From a virus (lineage: Duplodnaviria; Caudoviricetes), in the IMG/VR virus record IMGVR_UViG_3300034416_000014, positions 1 through 37,818 of that record: a stretch of DNA of 37,818 bases. One strand, 5' to 3'. The translations under genes and the position numbers were made by a program. Below, piece by piece: positions 16,906 to 25,186 of the stretch. Every line of letters begins with the position of its first letter. Positions within the stretch are counted from its first letter, which is position 1. The notes under the pieces are model-generated. The model saw only the letters and a program-made list of their open reading frames with translations, was not told where the DNA came from and did no database searches.

Positions 16906-18347
16906 AGCAGATATGGGCCAAGGTGCTTGCATTTTTTGCTAAGATTCTTGGAGTTTCCATCGTTCCGCCCGAGGTGTCCGGGGCTGACGACAACATCCTG
17001 CGCTGGTGGGAGGTCTACCGCTGCAAGGCGCCCTGGCTGTCCTATGACTACGTTACCGCATCAGGCAAGAAGAAGAACCGAACGCGCCTTTCTTTGAACA
17101 TGCCGAAGGTGCTTTGCTCCGAGATGGCGGGCCTGGTGCTGGCCGAGCCTCCGACCGTCGACGCTGGCGATCTGGTGGCCGGTCTCATCACCCGCGAGGA
17201 GCTCTGGAAGAACCTGCGCAAGAGCACCGAATGGGCGGGTGCCACGGGCGGCCAGGTGCTCAAGGTTCTCGTCAGCTCCGAGGGCGAAGGCGAGGCGAAG
17301 AAGAACACTATCGCGCTCGATTTCGTCAAGGCGCAGTCGTTCATTCCCCTGGCCTGGGACAACACCGAGGTCTACGAAGGCGCGTTCGTCGACCGCCGCG
17401 TGGTCGGGAAGAAGGCGCTGGTCCGCGTGGAAACCCATCGCCGCGCTCAGGGCGGCGGCTACACGATCAAGCAGGCAGTATTCGACGAGGCGACCGGGCT
17501 TGAAGTCCCGCTCGCGCAGTTCGACCCGAACCTGGAACCCGAAACGACCGTGCCGGCCGAGGCGACCTCGCTTCCTCTGTTCGCCTACATCCCCAACCCC
17601 GAGGCGAACAACATCGAGCCGGAAAGCCCGCTCGGGATCTCCCTGTACGCCAACGCCCTGGACACTCTCAAGGCCATCGACACCGCGTTCGACTCGATGC
17701 ACATGGACGTGGTGCTCGGGAAGCCCCGCGTCGCGCTGCCTGGGACGGTCATGCGCGGGTACGTGGACGCCGAGGGTGTCAAGCGCACCGGGTTCGACCC
17801 CGACGAGGAAGTCTATCTCCGCCTTGAGGGCGACGACGCTGACAAGATGAAGCCGACGCCGCTCTCGACCGACCTCCACCCTGACGAGTACAAGACCATC
17901 ATCCAGACCAACCTCAAGCTGCTCGCCATGCAGACCGGATTCGATGCGGGCTATTTCAGCTTCGACGGCGAGAGCGTGAAGACGGCGACCGAAGTCATCA
18001 GCGACAACTCGCACACCTATAAGACCATGCAGGCGTTCAGGGACAACCTTTCGCGCGGCCTCATGCAGATATTCCAGGTCATCAACGAACTCGGGACGTA
18101 CTACAAGATCGAAGGCGCCGACAAGAGCAAAGCCCCGACAATCCAGTGGGACGACTCGGTTATCGAGGATCGGAACAGTAAGACGGTCTACTGGACGAAC
18201 CTCGCCACCAACAAACTGGTCGACCGGACGACCGCGCTGCAGAAGATCCACGGCATCGACGAGGAAGCCGCCAAGGCTATGGCCGCCAAGATCAGCAAAG
18301 AGACGGCCATCATCACGAGCGATTCGCTCTTCGGAGCGGGAGCATAG
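16902..18347 (+). CDS. Portal protein (A118-like)
   Basis: LSLNMPKVLCSEMAGLV, SPLGISLYANA, KTATEVIS, IQWDDSVIED; follows terL. Confidence 0.9.
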   Translation: MKQIWAKVLAFFAKILGVSIVPPEVSGADDNILRWWEVYRCKAPWLSYDYVTASGKKKNRTRLSLNMPKVLCSEMAGLVLAEPPTVDAGDLVAGLITREELWKNLRKSTEWAGATGGQVLKVLVSSEGEGEAKKNTIALDFVKAQSFIPLAWDNTEVYEGAFVDRRVVGKKALVRVETHRRAQGGGYTIKQAVFDEATGLEVPLAQFDPNLEPETTVPAEATSLPLFAYIPNPEANNIEPESPLGISLYANALDTLKAIDTAFDSMHMDVVLGKPRVALPGTVMRGYVDAEGVKRTGFDPDEEVYLRLEGDDADKMKPTPLSTDLHPDEYKTIIQTNLKLLAMQTGFDAGYFSFDGESVKTATEVISDNSHTYKTMQAFRDNLSRGLMQIFQVINELGTYYKIEGADKSKAPTIQWDDSVIEDRNSKTVYWTNLATNKLVDRTTALQKIHGIDEEAAKAMAAKISKETAIITSDSLFGAGA

Positions 18348-18356
18348 GAGGACGAT

Positions 18357-18797
18357 TTGAAGTTACACGAAAAGGGGGCGAAAGCCGAGCGCGATCGGGC
18401 GCACGTGCTCATCGAGTACGACAAGCTGGTGAAGTTCTTCCGGCTCAAGCCGGTAGCCGCGCCGGTGTTGGCGACCATGAGCGCGGGGCAGATCTACAAG
18501 CTCTGTGAGGACACCTGGAACCGCCAGCCCACGCGCAGGAAGCTCGACTACCAGGAGGCGGCGGGCCTGTCGCCGCGGCGAAACCCCCTCGCCTACCGCT
18601 GGTTCGTGCGGGACACGATGGCGTTCAGGCAGCCGGCCAGCCTCGCCGAGCGGCTTGTCATCTACGTCCAGTTGCCGTTCCTGTATCCGGGCTTCCTCAA
18701 GCGCAAGCGGGCCAGGATGGCCGCCGAGCGGGCCGAAGCCGCGAAGAAGATGCAGGACGCGGCAAAGGCGCCGAAGCTCGAGGTCATCAAGAAGTGA
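18357..18797 (+). CDS. Basic hypothetical protein
   Basis: TTG start with RBS AGGAGG; lies between portal and minor capsid genes. Confidence 0.6.
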   Translation: MKLHEKGAKAERDRAHVLIEYDKLVKFFRLKPVAAPVLATMSAGQIYKLCEDTWNRQPTRRKLDYQEAAGLSPRRNPLAYRWFVRDTMAFRQPASLAERLVIYVQLPFLYPGFLKRKRARMAAERAEAAKKMQDAAKAPKLEVIKK

Positions 18798-19063
18798 AAA
18801 CCATAATTTGCGGCATCCCCTTCGAGATTATCCAGCGCGAACCCAACACGAGGGCGGACACCAACTTCGGCAGGATGGACGTGAAGATGGCGCAGATAAC
18901 CATCGACAAGACCATGCCCCCGGAAATGCGGGAAGCCACAATCGTTCATGAGTGGATGCACGCAGTCTACGAGATTAACGGCATCGACCATACCGAGATT
19001 CAGATCGGGGTTTTGGCAACGGAGCTTTACCGCCAAGGGTTCAGGATAAAGGTCGAAGCATGA
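18794..19063 (+). CDS. Small HExxH zincin-like protein
   Basis: ATIVHEWMHAV with downstream Glu; GTGA-coupled. Confidence 0.65.
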   Translation: MKTIICGIPFEIIQREPNTRADTNFGRMDVKMAQITIDKTMPPEMREATIVHEWMHAVYEINGIDHTEIQIGVLATELYRQGFRIKVEA

Positions 19064-20136
19064 ACCCCGCCGATCTGCTCTACGCCGCCGAGACTGAAAT
19101 CCTCACCGACATCGCCCGCCTCTTGCGGGGCGGCGCGGTGGCCTCGGCGGAGTGGAAGATCGAACGGCTACAGAAGCTCGGCGCCCTGAACGAGCGCGCG
19201 GCGGCGATCCTGCGGCGATACCGCGACGCGATTCAGGCGGGGGCCGTGTCCGAGGTGGAAGAGGCCGCGATGGATGCGCTCACGCGAGGGGAAACGACGT
19301 TCAGGCGGGCGAAGGAAGCCGGGGCCGCCCTGGCTGATGCCCTGCCCCTCGATGCCGACCCCGCTATCAGGGCGACCATTTCCACCTGGCAGAAAATGGC
19401 GACCAATCAAATGAATCTGGCTATGGCGACGATGCTTGAGCAGTCCGGGCCGCTCTACGTGCAGACGATCAACCGCGTGACGGCAGAGGTGCTGACCGGG
19501 TCCATGTCGGGCCACGAAGCGCTGGTGCGGGCGGTGCGGGAGTGGAGCGCGTCGGGCGTGCCGTCGATCGTTGACAAGGCCGGGAGACAGTGGACGACCG
19601 AAGCCTACGCGAACATGGTCATTCGCTCGAACACGCGCAAGGTAACGACCGAGGTACAGATGGAGCGGGCCAAGGAATACGGCGCCGATCTCATCGAAGT
19701 ATCGGCCCACGCGGGCGCCCGGCCCCTGTGCGCCCCGTACCAGGGAAGAATCTATTCGCTTTCCGGCAAGTCCGAGAAGTACCCGGCCTTTTCAACGACT
19801 AGCTACGGCGAGCCGGCGGGGCTGTTCGGGATAAATTGCTCCCATGTGCAATATCCTTTTTTCGAGGGCATCAGCCGCCAGACCTATTCCCTCGACGAGA
19901 CGGCGGCCGAGAAGGCGGAAAACGCCCGCGTCTACCAGGAAAGCCAGAAACAGCGCGCGATCGAGCGCGGCATCAGGGCGGCCAAGCGCGAGGCTGCGGT
20001 ATTCGAAAGCCTCGGCGAGCGGGACGCATTCGCCCAGGCCAAGGCCCTCATCAGCGACCGACAGGCCGCGATGCGGGATTTCATCAAGGAGACCGGACGC
20101 ACTCGCCAGCGCGGGCGCGAACAGGTCTACGACTAA
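19060..20136 (+). CDS. Phage minor capsid protein 2-like
   Basis: DKAGRQWTTEAY, VSAHAGARPLCAPYQGRIY, GLFGINCSH..YPF, QKQRAIERGIRAAKR. Confidence 0.85.
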   Translation: MNPADLLYAAETEILTDIARLLRGGAVASAEWKIERLQKLGALNERAAAILRRYRDAIQAGAVSEVEEAAMDALTRGETTFRRAKEAGAALADALPLDADPAIRATISTWQKMATNQMNLAMATMLEQSGPLYVQTINRVTAEVLTGSMSGHEALVRAVREWSASGVPSIVDKAGRQWTTEAYANMVIRSNTRKVTTEVQMERAKEYGADLIEVSAHAGARPLCAPYQGRIYSLSGKSEKYPAFSTTSYGEPAGLFGINCSHVQYPFFEGISRQTYSLDETAAEKAENARVYQESQKQRAIERGIRAAKREAAVFESLGERDAFAQAKALISDRQAAMRDFIKETGRTRQRGREQVYD

Positions 20137-20166
20137 GGCTTTACAGACCAAGGAGGTCAACGAGAT

Positions 20167-20793
20167 ATGAACTACTTTCAGCGCAAGATTTTCATGGCTG
20201 CAGGAGACGGCGGCGGTTCCGGTGGCGGCGGCACTCCCCCGGCGACTCCCACCGCTACCCCGCCTGCCACTCCGCCCGCAACGCCCCCGGCAACTCCGCC
20301 CGAGGCTGAAAAAAAGTACAGCGACAAAGAGCTGAACGACATCATCAAGGGCAAGCAGAGCGAACAGGTCGACAAGCTCTTGAAAGACCTCGGCATCGAG
20401 TCCGCCGGGAGCCTCAAGGACAGGATCGCCGCCCTCAAGAAGTACGAGGACGAGCACAAGACCGAACTGGACAAGGAGAAAGAGGGCCGGACGGCCGCCG
20501 AGAAGGCCCGGGGCGAAGCCGAGGCAAGGGCGAACAAGGCCGAGGCGAAGGCGGAAGCCCTGGCCCTGGGCGTCCCGAAGGAGAAGGTCGACGACTTCAT
20601 CACCCTGGCGATGGGCGAGGAAGGCGACACCATGGCGGCCAAGGTCGAGAAGGCCCTGGAAAAGCGCCCCTACTTCAAGGACGAGGCGGCCCCGGTGGCG
20701 CCGAACCTGAACGCGAGGGTAAGGACGCAAACGACGCCCGAGGCGGACGCCGCGAAGGCCACTTTCAACGCGGCGCTCGGAATTCGCTCATAG
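20167..20793 (+). CDS. Capsid scaffolding protein
   Basis: Gly- and TPPA-rich N-terminus, KKYSDKELNDII, long coiled coil; precedes the MCP gene. Confidence 0.8.
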   Translation: MNYFQRKIFMAAGDGGGSGGGGTPPATPTATPPATPPATPPATPPEAEKKYSDKELNDIIKGKQSEQVDKLLKDLGIESAGSLKDRIAALKKYEDEHKTELDKEKEGRTAAEKARGEAEARANKAEAKAEALALGVPKEKVDDFITLAMGEEGDTMAAKVEKALEKRPYFKDEAAPVAPNLNARVRTQTTPEADAAKATFNAALGIRS

Positions 20794-20794
20794 C

Positions 20795-20838
20795 CCACAA
20801 TTGTGGTCTTGACGGCATAGTTTTTTAGTGCATAGACT
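20795..20838 (+). promoter_or_regulatory. Late promoter 2 with CCACAATTGTGG box
   Basis: Palindrome 20795-806, TTGACG 20809-14, 18 bp, TAGACT 20833-38. Confidence 0.7.
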
Positions 20839-20844
20839 GTAGTT

Positions 20845-21026
20845 GCACGCGAGGGGATCACCTCTCGCAGGGCGCCCGCCCCCTGGAATTGGATTTCAGG
20901 CGGGGATGCCGGTTGCCGACGCCGGAAAAAGTCGGGGTGAGGTACTTGGTCCTTTATCCAAGATTTCGGCTGTCCGTATGGATGGCTTAGATCAGGTAAG
21001 GGCCACGGGTTCACCCCGGCTTTTTT
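20845..21026 (+). ncRNA. Structured leader RNA upstream of the major capsid gene
   Basis: Hairpins at 20849-68 and 20871-910, then a 100-nt rod 20926-21025 closed by a 15-bp helix and a U-tract. Confidence 0.55.
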
Positions 21027-21048
21027 ATTGGCCCGAAGGCAAGAGCAC

Positions 21049-22233
21049 ATGGCTACCGCAAACGTGCTTTCCTATGCCGAGATTTTCCAGGCGGGCCTCG
21101 ACCTTCAGTTCATGCAGGAATCGACCACGGCCTGGATGGAGGCGAACGCTTCGCAGGTTCGCTATTCCGGCGGCAACAAGATCCAGATTCCGAAGGTCTC
21201 CGTCGAGGGCCTCGGCACCTATTCCCGCTCCTCGGGCTTCCCCGACGGCGCAGTGACGCTCTCCTGGGAGGAAAGAACCCTCACCCAGGATCGCGGCAAG
21301 GAATTCAACCTTGACGCCCAAGACTACGACGAGACCAGCTTCGTGGCCGGCGCCGGAACCATCCTTGGCGAGTTCCAGCGCACGAAGGTCGTTCCCGAAG
21401 TCGACGCCTACCGCTATTCGACGATCTTCTCCCTCGCCAACCAGCAGCTGAAAACCGGCGCGTATACCCCCGCGGTGGCGACCGTCTACAGCCAGCTCAA
21501 GGCCGACATCGAGGCGATCCAGGACGTCATCGGCGAGACCGAACCCCTCGTCATCGCCATTTCCCACGCCACCGCGCTCGTCCTCGACAAGTCCACCGAG
21601 ATCGAGAAGCACATCGGCCTCGACACCTTCGAGAACGGCGCCCTCAAGACGAAGACGAAGACCCTGGACGGAATCCCGATGTTCCGCGTTCCTTCCGCCA
21701 GGCTGAAATCCGCCTTCACCTTCTCGGCGACCAACGGCTTCACCGCCGCCGCGACCGCGATGAACATCAACTGGATCATCGCCGCCCGCTCCGCGATCAT
21801 CGCCGTCGTCAAGACCGACAAGGTCCGCGTGTTCGCCCCCGACCAGAACCAGAACATGGACGCCTGGAAGATCCAGTACCGCAAGTACCACGATCTGTGG
21901 ATCAAGGACAACGCCTTCGATTCCATCTACGTGTCGTACACCTCGATCGCCGCCCCCGCGCTGACCGCCACGGTCGCCGCAGGCACTGCCGCCGGCACGA
22001 AGTTCACCGCGTCCGTTGCTTCCGGCCACACCCTCGCCTACCTGCTCCAGGCGGGCGAGATCACCGATCCGAAGTTCAACGACATCCCCACGGGCCTGAC
22101 CGCCTACACCTCCGGCACCGACATTGCGGCGGCCGTGGCGACCAACCACCTGGGAATGTACGAGCTGGACGCGACCGGCCACGTCGTGAAGTTCACCGAG
22201 GCGACTCTCGCCTCCGGAGATATTCACGCTTAA
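21049..22233 (+). CDS. Major capsid protein with C-terminal extra domain
   Basis: GGNKIQIPK..GLGTYSR, LTQDRGKEFNLDAQDYDET, EFQRTKVVPEVDAYRYS, QYRKYHDLWI; strongly biased codon usage. Confidence 0.9.
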   Translation: MATANVLSYAEIFQAGLDLQFMQESTTAWMEANASQVRYSGGNKIQIPKVSVEGLGTYSRSSGFPDGAVTLSWEERTLTQDRGKEFNLDAQDYDETSFVAGAGTILGEFQRTKVVPEVDAYRYSTIFSLANQQLKTGAYTPAVATVYSQLKADIEAIQDVIGETEPLVIAISHATALVLDKSTEIEKHIGLDTFENGALKTKTKTLDGIPMFRVPSARLKSAFTFSATNGFTAAATAMNINWIIAARSAIIAVVKTDKVRVFAPDQNQNMDAWKIQYRKYHDLWIKDNAFDSIYVSYTSIAAPALTATVAAGTAAGTKFTASVASGHTLAYLLQAGEITDPKFNDIPTGLTAYTSGTDIAAAVATNHLGMYELDATGHVVKFTEATLASGDIHA

Positions 22234-22244
22234 CCATCTAGTGG

Positions 22245-22274
22245 GGGCCGGCTCTTAACGGGGCCGGCCCTTTC
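22245..22274 (+). terminator. GC-rich hairpin after the MCP gene (weak terminator or mRNA stabiliser)
   Basis: GGGCCGGCTC / GGGCCGGCCC followed by TTTC. Confidence 0.55.
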
Positions 22275-22285
22275 GGGAGGAAGCA

Positions 22286-22468
22286 ATGAAATACCTGATG
22301 ACCAAAGGCACCGTGTCGATCGTCCGCGAGGACGCCGCCGGCGTCGCCGAGGCCGAGAAGCGCGGCTTCGTGTGCGTGGGTTCCTGCGACGAGTCATACA
22401 AGATTATTGACCCCATGGCCCGCCCTGTAGCTCCGGCCCCCAAGGCCGCGAAGAAGGCTGGAAAGTAA
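22286..22468 (+). CDS. Small head-associated hypothetical protein
   Basis: RBS GGGAGG; position after the MCP gene. Confidence 0.65.
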   Translation: MKYLMTKGTVSIVREDAAGVAEAEKRGFVCVGSCDESYKIIDPMARPVAPAPKAAKKAGK

Positions 22469-22858
22469 ATGGCATACATCACTCTCTCGTACTACTCGGA
22501 CACCTATTTCGGCGTCTCGGCCGGCTCGGACTTCAACCGCCTGGCCGCGCGAGCGAGTGATGACATCGACATCGCCACCATGCACGGCATCGTGCTCGCC
22601 GACCTGACCGACGCCGAACTCCTCCTAGTCCAGAAGGCCACGGCCGCCCAGGTCGAATTCTACGTGCAGAACGGTGACACCTACAATGAACACGGCGCCG
22701 GCGGCGAGCAGATCGGCAGCTACAAGGCCGCCGCGCAGGCACCCCGCGCGCCCGCCGCGCTCTGCCCCCGCGCCCTGGCGTATCTCGAACAGACCGGGCT
22801 CATGTTCCGGGGCGTGGCCAACCTCGTGGACGGCATCCCCGAGGACGACGATGAGTAA
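22469..22858 (+). CDS. Head-tail connector (adaptor)
   Basis: MAYIT..YY...Y.G..FNRLAARASDDID..VQKATAAQVEF..YLEQTGLMFRGV. Confidence 0.8.
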   Translation: MAYITLSYYSDTYFGVSAGSDFNRLAARASDDIDIATMHGIVLADLTDAELLLVQKATAAQVEFYVQNGDTYNEHGAGGEQIGSYKAAAQAPRAPAALCPRALAYLEQTGLMFRGVANLVDGIPEDDDE

Positions 22859-23186
22859 CCCCATCCCCCGCCGGCTCCTCCGCGACACGGCTACCTATAC
22901 GCCCTACACCGGCACCGTTCACGACGTGAAGACCTACGGCGCCGCCGTGGCGCTGACCTTCGTTCGCTTCGAGGCCGTGAAGCAGAACGCCATGACGAGC
23001 CTCGGCGATATGAAAAACGACAAAATCAATCTCTTTTACGATAGCAAAAACTCACTTCCCATCGGGATCACCTTCAAGGCGAACGACATCATCACCAGCG
23101 CTGGAATTAACTATACGGTACGAAAAGCTAACCCCCTCAAAGGTACCGGCTCGGCCATCCATCATTGGGAGGTGGCCTGTGTCTAA
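22851..23186 (+). CDS. Head closure protein (A118 minor capsid-like)
   Basis: PIPRRLL..VRFE..LFYDSKNS..IHHWEV; start 22851. Confidence 0.7.
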   Translation: MSNPIPRRLLRDTATYTPYTGTVHDVKTYGAAVALTFVRFEAVKQNAMTSLGDMKNDKINLFYDSKNSLPIGITFKANDIITSAGINYTVRKANPLKGTGSAIHHWEVACV

Positions 23187-23526
23187 GGAATTCGACGTAG
23201 ACATGGACATCCCTGGGGTAGTCGCTCGGCTATCCAAGCAACTCGTGTTTTCCCAGGCCGCCCTCGACGAGCAAGTCCTGAAAGACTCCAACTACTTTTG
23301 TCCACTGCAGGAAGGAACGCTCCAAGCCTCTGGTGTCCTTTCCACGAAGCTGGGGTCGGGCATAGTGATATGGGATACCCCCTACGCTCATCGCCTGTAC
23401 TGGCATCCCGAATACAATTTCTCGCTCGATCGAAACCCGAACGCGCGCGGCAAGTGGTTCGAGGAAGCGAAAGCACGGCACCTTCCCGAATGGCTGGCGA
23501 AAGCTCAAGGGGCGCTGAATGCCTGA
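23179..23526 (+). CDS. Minor capsid / neck protein
   Basis: VLKDSNYFCPLQEGTLQAS..WDTPYAHRLYW..NPNARGKWFEEAK. Confidence 0.8.
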   Translation: MSKEFDVDMDIPGVVARLSKQLVFSQAALDEQVLKDSNYFCPLQEGTLQASGVLSTKLGSGIVIWDTPYAHRLYWHPEYNFSLDRNPNARGKWFEEAKARHLPEWLAKAQGALNA

Positions 23527-23974
23527 AATTATGTCAGCTATCAACGCCTACGTCCTCGCCGAGCTGGCGAAGATTCAGGAAACACCCTCCGGAACACGTC
23601 TCCCCTCGGGCCACGACTTTCCGGGAACGACCTTCCCGGCGGCGATCAGCGAAGACGCCTTCCCTGGCGACTCCCAGGAAGAGCTGATGTGCCGCCATGA
23701 CGTTTCCCCGCTCATCGCCCGCCGTTATCTCACCGGCTCCTACTGGGCCGAGTTCAACTTTTCATACTACGCGAAGTCGGCCCAGGTCGTCCTCGCGCGG
23801 CAATGGCTCGAAGCCATCGAGGAAATCCTATTCCTCGACAATTTCACGAATCTACTCGGCTTGTCCCAAGGCCGATTGGAGACGGTTGCGCGGCCCACGT
23901 TCATTTCGAGGGACGAGAGCGGCGCAAATATCTACACCAGCTCGTATCAGCTGGTCTATTTCGAGGAGGTATAG
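23519..23974 (+). CDS. Tail terminator / completion protein
   Basis: Size and position before the major tail gene; RRYLTGS..FNFSYYAKS. Confidence 0.65.
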   Translation: MPEIMSAINAYVLAELAKIQETPSGTRLPSGHDFPGTTFPAAISEDAFPGDSQEELMCRHDVSPLIARRYLTGSYWAEFNFSYYAKSAQVVLARQWLEAIEEILFLDNFTNLLGLSQGRLETVARPTFISRDESGANIYTSSYQLVYFEEV

Positions 23975-23977
23975 CGT

Positions 23978-24694
23978 ATGAGCGCTCCCCTGAATTTCCA
24001 GACTCTCTTCGAGCTGGACATCAACCCCGGCGGAACCGCGAACTATGTGCGGATCGGAAACGGTCTCACCGCGGCAGCCGTCAGCAACAACGAAGCGGTC
24101 GACGAGAAAGCCTACCTGGACGGCAACGGCGGGAAATCCTCGGCCGTGAACGGCTTCCAGTACAAGGTCGTTTTCTCCGGCGATCGCATCCCTGGCGACA
24201 CGGTCCAGGACTGGATCCTCACAAAGCTATTCGCCATCGGCGCGAACCGCACGACCAACTTCCGGTCGACCAACGCCGGCGGCACGGTCATTTCCGGCGC
24301 CTGCACCATCGCCAACATCACGCCCCCCGGCGGCGATGCCAACAGCCCCAGCGCGTTCGGCTTCGAGATCCACATGAACGGCAAGCCCGCCAAGACCGAC
24401 CCGGTCGCGGCGACGGCCCTGACCGCCACCATTGCGGCCTCGCTCGCCACCTCGGGCTGCACCAAGTGCACGATCACCAGCCTGGGCGCCGCGAACCACG
24501 CGGGATACAAGCTCTCCACGGTCGCGCTCGCCGTCAAGAACCGCGAGTACGTGGGCGATTACGTCGCCTACACCTCCGGGGCGGACATCGCGGCGGTCGC
24601 GGGCCAGTACCTCACCGTGTACGAGCTCGACGCCTACGAGCACGTGGTGAAGGCCCTGTGCCAGGTCCTCGCCTCGGGCGACATCAAAGCGTAA
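23978..24694 (+). CDS. Major tail tube protein with C-terminal extra domain
   Basis: YLDGNGG..FSGDRIPGDTVQDWI..GGDANS..FGFEIHMNGKP. Confidence 0.85.
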   Translation: MSAPLNFQTLFELDINPGGTANYVRIGNGLTAAAVSNNEAVDEKAYLDGNGGKSSAVNGFQYKVVFSGDRIPGDTVQDWILTKLFAIGANRTTNFRSTNAGGTVISGACTIANITPPGGDANSPSAFGFEIHMNGKPAKTDPVAATALTATIAASLATSGCTKCTITSLGAANHAGYKLSTVALAVKNREYVGDYVAYTSGADIAAVAGQYLTVYELDAYEHVVKALCQVLASGDIKA

Positions 24695-24742
24695 AAGCGT
24701 CCTCCTTCCCCCTTTCCTGCAGGGGTCGCGGCAGGATAGGCC

Positions 24743-24769
24743 GCCCGCGCCGAATCGCGGGCTTCTTTT
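24743..24769 (+). terminator. Terminator-like hairpin after the tail tube gene
   Basis: GCCCGCG-ccgaat-CGCGGGC-TTCTTTT. Confidence 0.7.
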
Positions 24770-24787
24770 CCAGTGAAGGAGGAAAAG

Positions 24788-25186
24788 GTGAAAGAGTTCA
24801 ATTTTGCCGGGAAGAAGAGCGAGCTAGTTCTGAAAATCTGTGGGAAGGACTACAGCTTCAACGCCTCGGCGAGCAACTACAAGTTCGTGAAAACCGTCGC
24901 GTCGTTCTGGCGCGAGACGCTCGCGGTGGTCGACAAGATCGCCGCCATGACGGGCGACTCCCCGGACGACCTGGAAACGGCTTTCGACCTGCTGAAAGAC
25001 AAAGAAAAGGGCATGGTCGATTTCCTAATGCCCGGAGCCTGGGACGAGCTGTTCGAGAAGGCGGGCTACGACCTTATGGACATGATGGACATGCTCACCT
25101 TCATCGCAGGCGAGATCAAGGGCGCCGGCGTCTCGGCCAAGGTGGAATCAGTGAAACCGGCCACCAAGGGAAAGCGTGAAATTTAA
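24788..25186 (+). CDS. Tail assembly chaperone
   Basis: GTG 24788 after AAGGAGG; position between the tail tube and gp15-like genes. Confidence 0.7.
   Translation: MKEFNFAGKKSELVLKICGKDYSFNASASNYKFVKTVASFWRETLAVVDKIAAMTGDSPDDLETAFDLLKDKEKGMVDFLMPGAWDELFEKAGYDLMDMMDMLTFIAGEIKGAGVSAKVESVKPATKGKREI

Noticed and set aside
20856-20864. GATCACCTC complementary to GAGGTGATC at 3838-3846
   Set aside because: Only 9 nt and mostly buried in a local hairpin; chance cannot be excluded.
20794-21048. This gap, or 3853-4147, as the DGR template repeat or a known ribozyme/riboswitch
   Set aside because: No similarity to the VR at 35431-35544 and no AAC-rich pattern; short matches to pistol-ribozyme words (GATCAGGT, AGGGCCACG) are in the wrong order; no hammerhead core seen.
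23803-25179. 458-aa alternative-frame ORF over the tail genes
   Set aside because: Arg/Gly/Pro-rich shadow frame spanning an intergenic terminator; real genes occupy other frames.
25168-25179. Classical G/GT -1 fusion chaperone
   Set aside because: The -1 frame hits TGA after one codon; the gp15-like ORF is in the +1 frame.
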